Shown here: positions 57,046 through 64,000 of the stretch, in pieces
Layout of the letters: the number at the start of each line of letters is the position of its first letter
Numbering within the stretch: the stretch's first letter is position 1
DNA from: a virus
Lineage: Duplodnaviria > Caudoviricetes
Length of the DNA: 64,000 nucleotides
IMG/VR virus record: IMGVR_UViG_3300027996_003878
Direction: 5' to 3' (one strand)
Translations under genes and position numbers: made by a program
The notes under the pieces: model-generated
Databases searched by the model: none
Told to the model about the DNA's origin: nothing
What the model saw: only the letters and a program-made list of their open reading frames with translations

Positions 57046-58960
57046 CGGTTACTGTTTTTGCAAGATTACGAGGGCGGTCTACATCAAGCCCTCTAAGAGA
57101 AGCGATATTGTAAGACAATAGCTGTAGCGGCAAAATGCTTAAAAACGGATTTAAATAGTCTTTTTTATTGGTCGCAATAGGCAATATTGAATCTATAGAA
57201 TTGGACTCAAGGCTGGGCTCCAAGTCAGTTAAAAGTATTACCTTACCGCCTCTAGCTCGAACCTCTTCAGTGTTACTTAAAATTTTATTGTAATTAGAGT
57301 CGTTTGGAGCAATTACAACTACAGGTACTTTTTTGTCAATCAAAGCAATTGGTCCGTGCTTCATCTCACCGGAGGAATAACCCTCTGCCCAAATATAGGA
57401 AATTTCCTTTAACTTTAGCGCCGCCTCCAAAGCAATCGGGTATTGATAGCCTTTACCAAGAAACATCATTGACTGTGAGTTGTGATATTTTTTTGCTATA
57501 CTTTTTATTTTTTTACTATCCTTGGAGGACAGATAATCCTTCATTAAGCCTGGAATAGCATTGAATTTTTTAAAAATTTTAATTCTAGCTTTTTTATCTA
57601 ACGCATTCCATTCCTGAGCTAAATACAGTGCTAATAAGAAAAGAACACCTAGCTGTGATGTGAAGCATTTTGTAGAAGCAACGCCAATTTCTGGCCCACA
57701 TTTTGTATAAAAAACGTAATCAGATAGTTCAGTAATCGAACTGTCCTTTACATTAGTTATTGAAAAGATTTTACATGATTTTTGTTTTGCTAACCTTACA
57801 CTTCGTAGTGTGTCGTATGTTTCTCCTGATTGAGATATTGCTACAACAAGATCAAATCTCGAACAGTGAAAATCACGACTGCTTAGCTCCGATGCAAATT
57901 GAACATCGACTGGCAAGTTTGCAAATTTCTCAATCCAATACTTTCCTATCAGGCCTGCGTGATAACTTGTACCACAGCCAATAATTAATACCCTTCTAAA
58001 ATCTAAAGGGTAAGGCATATAGATTTTATCTTTATTTATCTTACCGCTCTCAAAGTCAATACAATCTTTTATTGTATCTTCCAACGCTTTGGGCTGCTCA
58101 TGAATTTCTTTTAACATAAAGCTATTATAACCATTCTTACAAATACTTTTATCTTTTAAATATAGCACAGCCAAGTCTCGAACAATTGACCTGTTACAAT
58201 TTGTTATTTTGTACTTATTATTTGATATTTCTAGAATGTCATTATCTTGTAAGCTGAGAGCCTTAAATCTGCCTCTAGGCATAAGCTGCGACCATGGAGA
58301 AAAAGCAACCCGATCACTGCTTAAAAAATATTCTTCTCCTCCAAAAATAACGTCAACACCAACAGAAACATCCATACCACCAATAACAGCATTCTCTTTT
58401 ATTCCTAAAAATAATGGCAGCCCCCTTTTGGCCGCCCACACAGTGTTTGTGCGCTTGTCTAACAATAAAATGGCGTAGGAGCCCTTAATGAGCCTTAAGG
58501 CCTCCTCAAGGGCGCACTGGACGCCTATACCCTTGCGAGCGAAGCTTACGATAAGTCCAAGTATAATTTCTGTATCTGTATCTGATTTAATTTTTATTGA
58601 ATTTGAATCTAATATACTTTTTAGTTTTTGATAATTCTCAACGACACCGTTGTGGACGATTGCAAAGTCATCCTTTAGATGAGGGTGAGCGTTTTTTAAA
58701 TTAGGCTTTCCATGAGTGGCCCACCTTGTATGTCCAATTCCAACACTTGCGTTCAGTATGTGGGCTTGTAAGTTTTTGATTGAGTTTATTTTATCTTTTA
58801 ACTTTTTAACCTTACCTACGGCTTTTATTGCCAAGAAGCAATCATTTGAAGAAACGGCAATTCCAGATGAGTCATAACCTCTATACTCTAATCGCGACAG
58901 CCCTTTATAGATTCTTTTTAGAGCGTTTTTATCGCCAATATAACCAAAAATACCACACAT
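57038..58960 (-). CDS. glmS: Glutamine-fructose-6-phosphate aminotransferase (start MCGIFG at 58960)
   Basis: Cys1 CGIFG, LEYRGYDSSG, GHTRWATHG, MLKEIHEQP, SQSGET, GEMKHGP, DVDRPRNLAKTVTVE. Confidence 0.97.
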   Translation of the reverse strand: MCGIFGYIGDKNALKRIYKGLSRLEYRGYDSSGIAVSSNDCFLAIKAVGKVKKLKDKINSIKNLQAHILNASVGIGHTRWATHGKPNLKNAHPHLKDDFAIVHNGVVENYQKLKSILDSNSIKIKSDTDTEIILGLIVSFARKGIGVQCALEEALRLIKGSYAILLLDKRTNTVWAAKRGLPLFLGIKENAVIGGMDVSVGVDVIFGGEEYFLSSDRVAFSPWSQLMPRGRFKALSLQDNDILEISNNKYKITNCNRSIVRDLAVLYLKDKSICKNGYNSFMLKEIHEQPKALEDTIKDCIDFESGKINKDKIYMPYPLDFRRVLIIGCGTSYHAGLIGKYWIEKFANLPVDVQFASELSSRDFHCSRFDLVVAISQSGETYDTLRSVRLAKQKSCKIFSITNVKDSSITELSDYVFYTKCGPEIGVASTKCFTSQLGVLFLLALYLAQEWNALDKKARIKIFKKFNAIPGLMKDYLSSKDSKKIKSIAKKYHNSQSMMFLGKGYQYPIALEAALKLKEISYIWAEGYSSGEMKHGPIALIDKKVPVVVIAPNDSNYNKILSNTEEVRARGGKVILLTDLEPSLESNSIDSILPIATNKKDYLNPFLSILPLQLLSYNIASLRGLDVDRPRNLAKTVTVE

Positions 58961-59044
58961 TAGAATTTTTAAAAATGCTGCACGGCGCAACTTGACACAC
59001 ATTAACTGTATGTTTGTGCCAGATCCTTAAGGATCTTTATGTTT

Positions 59045-59752
59045 TTACTCATTTGCCTCTTCTGGCATGCAGGGTTGTCCTGAAGAAGATGATGAGATTG
59101 ACGAAGAGGATATATTTGTAGAGGGAGCTGGTTTACCCTTCAATGGCACGCCAAAGACGTGGGTATCTAAGTAGTTTTGCAGCCCCTCTGAGCTATGAGC
59201 TTTATTTAAAATAATATTATCATTTGATATGATGTAATATGTTGGAAAAAACTCTACTCGAAATCCAGTTTCTTCATACATATCAATTAGCTCATCATGT
59301 CCTTGAAATACATTATAAGGCAGATCTAGATCGTGAGCCCATTGCCTGATATCGCCAATGCTTGGCTCAGCACCTGCGTCATAAGACTCTAAAAGAATAA
59401 CCGCATAAGATAGAGCTGATTCATATAATCTTTTTAGCTGAAGGGATTTGTGGGCTGCTTCTTGGCATGGAGAGCACCACATGGTTGAAAACTGAAGAAT
59501 TTTTATTCCATTTAAATCGTTTAATGATCTTAAATTGTTGTATTGATCATAAAGCTTCACCTCGCACATAAGCTGACCAACAGAGTATCCGCATTGATTA
59601 AAATTAGCGAATGTTCGCGGTCCTTTTTCATGCGAGGAACAAGATGCGACTAAGAAAAATAAAATGACAAATATCAAGCTCTTTAAAAAGCCGTATACTT
59701 TGTCTGAACTTTTAAATTGCCCTCTTCTATCGATCATCAATTGGATGTGCAA
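59045..59752 (-). CDS. Thioredoxin-like (TlpA-type) lipoprotein with Ser-rich tail
   Basis: LVASC lipobox, WCSPC, FFPTYYII. Confidence 0.75.
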   Translation of the reverse strand: MHIQLMIDRRGQFKSSDKVYGFLKSLIFVILFFLVASCSSHEKGPRTFANFNQCGYSVGQLMCEVKLYDQYNNLRSLNDLNGIKILQFSTMWCSPCQEAAHKSLQLKRLYESALSYAVILLESYDAGAEPSIGDIRQWAHDLDLPYNVFQGHDELIDMYEETGFRVEFFPTYYIISNDNIILNKAHSSEGLQNYLDTHVFGVPLKGKPAPSTNISSSSISSSSSGQPCMPEEANE

Positions 59753-59812
59753 TTATTGGAATAAAATATATCAACTCACTACTTTTGCACTTTTGCGTGT
59801 AATTTTAAATAA

Positions 59813-60712
59813 TTAATTTAATATATCCTTTAAAGCCTCTTCTAAAGTAGAGAATTCAAATTTAAAATTATTATCTAGCAAAGCTTTAGGTATGCAGCGC
59901 TGGCTATCTAGCAAAACTGAAGAGCTTTCTCCAAACAACAATTTCAAACCAAACTCAGGAACAGGCAGCACAGCGGGCCGAGAAAGTGCTTTAGATAGAG
60001 TTTTTGTAAATTTGCGATTCTTCACAGGATTAGGAGACACACAATTAACAGGTCCAGATAGTTTTTTATTTTTAATACATTCAAATATAATATTGACCAC
60101 ATCATTAATATGAATCCATGACATCCATTGATGACCGGATCCTAACCGACCACCTAAACCAAGCTTAAAAGGCAGTAGCATTTGCTTTAGGGCTCCACCC
60201 TCTTTGCCTAAGACTATACCAATTCGTAAGTTAATAAGCCTTGTGTTGGCTTTTCGAGCTTCCCACTCCCAATCGTCACAAATATCTGGAAGAAAGCCCT
60301 CTCCATCTTCAGAAGACTCTGTTAAAGTGTTATCATAAGCATTGCCATAATAGCCAATAGCCGAGGCAGAAATAAGAACTTCAGGCTTTTTTTTACAAGA
60401 ATTTATTTTCTTTACAAGCTTTTCTGTTGTATCCAATCTGCTATCTATAATTTTTTCTTTTGCACGTTCAGTCCATCTTTGAAAGACCGGCTCGCCAGCT
60501 AAATTTATAACCGCATCACAGTTTTCTAAGTATTTTTTAGCGCAAATATCAAATTCAGCTTCATTGATTGCAACAATATGATCTCCAAGCTTGTTGTAGG
60601 CCTTCATTTGATCTCTGGTGTAACAAATGATTTTATTGTGACTATCTTGAGAAAGCTTCTTAACAATTTCTTGGCCAATAAAGCCTGTAGCGCCGGTAAT
60701 GAATATCTTCAT
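59813..60712 (-). CDS. TIGR01777-family NAD-dependent epimerase
   Basis: ITGATGFIG, INLAGEP..RWT, SAIGYYG, LRIGIVL, GSGHQWMSWIH. Confidence 0.93.
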   Translation of the reverse strand: MKIFITGATGFIGQEIVKKLSQDSHNKIICYTRDQMKAYNKLGDHIVAINEAEFDICAKKYLENCDAVINLAGEPVFQRWTERAKEKIIDSRLDTTEKLVKKINSCKKKPEVLISASAIGYYGNAYDNTLTESSEDGEGFLPDICDDWEWEARKANTRLINLRIGIVLGKEGGALKQMLLPFKLGLGGRLGSGHQWMSWIHINDVVNIIFECIKNKKLSGPVNCVSPNPVKNRKFTKTLSKALSRPAVLPVPEFGLKLLFGESSSVLLDSQRCIPKALLDNNFKFEFSTLEEALKDILN

Positions 60713-60722
60713 ACAATACCTT

Positions 60723-61067
60723 TTAAAAAATGTTTTTTCTTATTTTTAAATTTAAAAGCTTTTCACTCTCAAGCTTTAATTCATTGACTTGCTTTTCCAG
60801 TAATTTTAATTCAGCCTTTAGTTCTCTGTTTCGTTTTATTATTGGATCTTGATCTTCAAAGTTTTGCTTATCAATTGTTAATTGAGATACTGAAGACATA
60901 ATGCTGACAAATATAAAAAAGAAAGCAATAGCTAAAACAAAGCCGCCAATATCTCTTAACCCCGTACCCCCGAAACCAAGAGCAACGCCTAGCATTCCGC
61001 ATAGCTTCGCCAATACAAAACTATAAAGCGATACCTTGTGGCGTATGGTTAAATTATTGAAAAGCAT
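60723..61067 (-). CDS. Two-TM protein with C-terminal coiled coil
   Basis: Hydrophobic helices, then heptads. Confidence 0.6.
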   Translation of the reverse strand: MLFNNLTIRHKVSLYSFVLAKLCGMLGVALGFGGTGLRDIGGFVLAIAFFFIFVSIMSSVSQLTIDKQNFEDQDPIIKRNRELKAELKLLEKQVNELKLESEKLLNLKIRKNIF

Positions 61068-61202
61068 CTATAAATATAATCAATACAAGAAAGCTAAAGT
61101 CTCCAAGGCGAAATCAAAAATGCGCGAACAAGCAAATCGTTAACATTGCAACTGCACTCTTTAAAACCTTTCTTAAAACGTATATAGCACCAAGGCTTCA
61201 TA

Positions 61203-61859
61203 TTACTTATCCAGTCCGAAAGATGTTTTTACAGACACCTTCATAGCAAGCGAAGGAACTCCAATGTGAGTTGCAATATTATGCTTTAAAGCTTCCTTTG
61301 CATCCATATACCAGTCATCACGATTTTTCTTCTCTACAACATTCCAAATATAGCCTTTTTTCTTGCCTATATTTTCTTCCATAATCTCATAAATTCTTTT
61401 ATTTAAGCGCTTTGCCTCGTCAACGCTAACTTCCATTTCGCCAACCTTACCAAAAGCACCCGCCGATACGTCATGAATCATTAAGGTGGCTTCTTTTGAT
61501 ATGTATCGCATTCCCTGAGAGCCGCATGTAAAAAGCACAGCGCCACATGACATAGCTTTTCCTGTTATAACGGTCGCAACAGGTACAGGCGAGTTACGTA
61601 TAGTATCAATCATTGAGAGCAACGAATAAACGTACCCTCCAAACGAATCAATAATTACAGGAACAACCTCTTGACCGGTCTCTAGGGCCTCTGAAAAGTC
61701 CTTACGAAATTCTTTAGCCGACTTCTCATTAAAGCTATTAACAAGGACGCTTTTAGGCGTCTTAATTTCACAATTTAAAATATTTCCGTCAACACTTGAG
61801 CGAATTTTTGGGCATAAATTATATTTTATTAGCATATTTACCTCAAATACGCTAACCAA
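61203..61859 (-). CDS. clpP: Divergent ClpP-like protease
   Basis: IDSFGG, GKAMSCGA (Ser), LMIH, DDWYMDAKEAL. Confidence 0.85.
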   Translation of the reverse strand: MVSVFEVNMLIKYNLCPKIRSSVDGNILNCEIKTPKSVLVNSFNEKSAKEFRKDFSEALETGQEVVPVIIDSFGGYVYSLLSMIDTIRNSPVPVATVITGKAMSCGAVLFTCGSQGMRYISKEATLMIHDVSAGAFGKVGEMEVSVDEAKRLNKRIYEIMEENIGKKKGYIWNVVEKKNRDDWYMDAKEALKHNIATHIGVPSLAMKVSVKTSFGLDK

Positions 61860-61886
61860 TATTAGTTGTAATTATCGACTTTTAAA

Positions 61887-62060
61887 TTATCTAAACATTG
61901 CAGTTAAGTTGCACCCATCCATAACTGCAAGTCGATTGTTATCAGTAAACCACACTTCAAATTGATTGTTATAAATTTTTGTAACAACGCCAGAAGAGCG
62001 CTCAGGCAAAGAAAGAACAATGTCTCCTATGCGAAACTTTGATTTTTTATAATTCATCAT
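61887..62060 (-). CDS. Small SH3/KOW-like protein not in ORF track (57 aa)
   Basis: KFRIGDIV..GVVTKI..FEVWF. Confidence 0.55.
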   Translation of the reverse strand: MMNYKKSKFRIGDIVLSLPERSSGVVTKIYNNQFEVWFTDNNRLAVMDGCNLTAMFR

Positions 62061-62170
62061 TAGTTCGTTTTTTTTATTTAAACTTACTTAGTTTATTTTT
62101 TGCACACGTACATTGCTTTTATATTGCCATTAATATAATTTTTATTAAGTATTTCGATATATATTTTTTC

Positions 62171-62443
62171 ATGAAGCTTAAAGTCGGGGATAGAGTTAGA
62201 GTTCAATACAGCTTAGGAAACTCACTAGAAGAGCAAGATACAAGGGTTATTGAAGTGAAGGGCGCTTGGGTGTTCGTTCAGTGGCACTTCGGAGAATATG
62301 TAACGAAAGCCGGTGACGAATTGGGCTGGTGGTTTCCAATCGAATCAATTGTAAAAAATTACGACGCTCAAACACGCTCCGATCCTTATTCAAATGATGA
62401 GGAAGGAAGAACGCTTGGCCCTTCGGGCTTGGAATGGCTTTAG
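62171..62443 (+). CDS. Small SH3/KOW-like protein (likely start 62171)
   Basis: MKLKVGDRVRV..RVIEV..VFVQW. Confidence 0.6.
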   Translation: MKLKVGDRVRVQYSLGNSLEEQDTRVIEVKGAWVFVQWHFGEYVTKAGDELGWWFPIESIVKNYDAQTRSDPYSNDEEGRTLGPSGLEWL

Positions 62444-63176
62444 TAAATAGGAGGGATTGAATAGATTTTAGTCGTTTGATTGAATCTCTTATATCTTCAT
62501 TTAATGATGACGCACACTGATTACCTACACATACCCACCCTTCTCTTTCACGTCGGGCGAATAATTCCAACTTCTGACTTTCTGGGAACATTAATTCCAG
62601 CCGCTCCTGCAATCCTTCAGGTTTTGCAGAGTGTTTTAAATTAACATCAAATAAAACAGAACGCTGGGACTTATTCTTTAAGTTGGAATAAGGAGAGCCG
62701 CGCTTTCCAACCAGTACAATTTCATGCGTTTGACGAAATAATCTCCCCATATAAAAACTTAAGGATTGATTTAAGTCAAAGGTATCCAGTCCATCCAGCT
62801 CTTGTCGAACAATTTTAAATATATTTTTTAAATCAAAACCCGCATTTGAAGATGCTGTTCTAATTTTATCTCGAATATCTTTTTTTATTTCTTTGAATAT
62901 ATTTCCAGGCTTTTTTGTTTTTACCCAAATAAATGTTTGAGTTTGCTCGAAACCCCAGGACATCATTGTATCCAGCCCTACTTGCAATTTAGAGGAGGGT
63001 ACCCAAAGAGCCAACACAGCATCATCGGCTGCAATGGACTCAACATTTAAATTGGTTATGTCAAAGTCACTTAAGGTATTGTATTGAGCTGAAGCGCCTC
63101 TTTTTATCCGACTCATCTGCAATGTGTCTCCAAAAGACCAAGGGCAGTCAGCTACGATTAAATTAAATTTAGCCAC
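62247..63176 (-). CDS. MT-A70-family N6-adenine methyltransferase
   Basis: IVADCPW, GASAQYNTLS, LALWVP, FIWVKT, THEIVLVGKRG, HSAKPE, LELFARR. Confidence 0.88.
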   Translation of the reverse strand: MAKFNLIVADCPWSFGDTLQMSRIKRGASAQYNTLSDFDITNLNVESIAADDAVLALWVPSSKLQVGLDTMMSWGFEQTQTFIWVKTKKPGNIFKEIKKDIRDKIRTASSNAGFDLKNIFKIVRQELDGLDTFDLNQSLSFYMGRLFRQTHEIVLVGKRGSPYSNLKNKSQRSVLFDVNLKHSAKPEGLQERLELMFPESQKLELFARREREGWVCVGNQCASSLNEDIRDSIKRLKSIQSLLFTKAIPSPKGQAFFLPHHLNKDRSVFERRNFLQLIRLETTSPIRHRLSLHILRSATERTPKRPSLQ

Positions 63177-63187
63177 TTAAATACCTT

Positions 63188-63892
63188 TTACTTTTTATAT
63201 CTTTTTAGATATTTATTGTAAATATTCTTATTGGATTCGATTTGCTTTTTTATTTCAGATATTACTGTTGGGTTTGCTTTATCGGAATGCCAAGAAAGAC
63301 TGTTAACGTTTCCCTTTGTCATAGAAGCCCCTCCAACATAATGTTTTGAAGAGGTGAGCTTATGCCGATCATAATTTTTAAAAAATGAGCCAAAATGCTT
63401 TGAATCTTCAATATCTAAAAAATTACAAAGCTTTGTAATTTCTTTTTTTGGATTAATAAGTAAGTCCTCATAATAAATTAAAACCTTATCCCCATCGAAC
63501 TGATCATAGTTCGAAATGCATCTTATATACTCACCAGTCCATTTTTTTATTTTACTTAACGTTCCGGCTGCTTTGCTATGGCGCAGGATGGCTTCATGAT
63601 AATCTCTAATTAAAAACACCAATCTACATGTATCTTTGTTCCAATTATCATAATCAAGTTCGAAGTTATGACGTTTAATTAAAATCGCCTTTTTAGAAAT
63701 ATCCACTCCCAAGTCCACGCTAGAGCTTATTACTTGAGATTTTTGCAGATAACCTTCCCCTGCTCTTTTTACTGGATTATGGCACGTGGGTCTCTTTGAA
63801 ATAAACTCAACAATATAACGGACCCACGAGTTCCCCGATCTTGGAAACGAAAGCAATACATTAAACTTATTTCCTTCTTTGTTTTTTTTCAT
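63188..63892 (-). CDS. Sulfotransferase-domain protein
   Basis: 5'-PSB-like LSFPRSGNSWVR, 3'-PB-like LIRDYHEA, IYYEDL..P..EI.KLCNFL. Confidence 0.8.
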   Translation of the reverse strand: MKKNKEGNKFNVLLSFPRSGNSWVRYIVEFISKRPTCHNPVKRAGEGYLQKSQVISSSVDLGVDISKKAILIKRHNFELDYDNWNKDTCRLVFLIRDYHEAILRHSKAAGTLSKIKKWTGEYIRCISNYDQFDGDKVLIYYEDLLINPKKEITKLCNFLDIEDSKHFGSFFKNYDRHKLTSSKHYVGGASMTKGNVNSLSWHSDKANPTVISEIKKQIESNKNIYNKYLKRYKK

Positions 63893-64000
63893 TTTTTTTT
63901 ATCAGGGGAAGGTCAGAAATTTTGCGCTTTTTCGGCGCGGTTTTTTTCGGGCGGTTTCTTTTTTGCTACGAATTTTTTTTTTTAGCACATTTTGAATACG

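Noticed and set aside
58961-59045. glmS ribozyme upstream of glmS
   Set aside because: The leader is only about 85 nt and lacks the recognisable AGCGCC/GACGAGG core.
2417-60787. Many short opposite-strand or nested ORFs in the track (e.g. 2417-2698, 6283-6540, 9795-10067, 25974-26423, 30379-30774, 57304-57558)
   Set aside because: They lie antisense to or inside well-supported genes and have no motifs, so they are shadow ORFs.
1-64000. Alternative genetic code (stop-codon recoding)
   Set aside because: Long conserved genes (purA, glmS, thrC, topA) are intact in code 11, and TAA, TAG and TGA all occur as apparent real stops.
1-64000. CRISPR array or cas genes
   Set aside because: No regularly spaced direct repeats and no Cas motifs seen.
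1-64000. Phage structural or packaging hallmark genes and integrase/transposase
   Set aside because: None recognised, so the phage identity remains an inference from gene content.

Overview
AT-rich, gene-dense window, mostly minus-strand, read in standard code 11. It has no rRNA, no ribosomal proteins and no capsid, terminase or portal gene that I can recognise. The content is best explained as part of a very large bacteriophage or similar large extrachromosomal element; this is inferred from gene content, not shown by a hallmark gene. About half the ORFs are hypothetical. Recognisable genes: (1) chromosome and transcription functions: topA (partial), a motor-only FtsK, two HU/IHF-like proteins, two ClpP, an RpoD-like sigma, an RpoH-like sigma and a divergent Zn-ribbon sigma-like protein; (2) translation: tRNA(CAT) beside a short TilS, and a Thg1-like protein; (3) auxiliary metabolism: cysK (one-base frameshift), purA, thrC, DUF2061-cysC fusion, glmS; (4) an 8-gene sugar-modification cluster, a sulfotransferase and an MT-A70 methylase; (5) an AAA+/VWA pair flanked by a paralogous ORF family. 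Most interesting observations: a possible dispersed PAPS sulfation cycle linked to glycan decoration; repeated loss of catalytic residues in otherwise intact enzyme folds; a candidate ~100-nt sRNA with its own promoter and terminator that displays an anti-Shine-Dalgarno loop; and a short basic peptide motif shared by unrelated proteins. All family calls come from motif recognition by eye; no searches were run.
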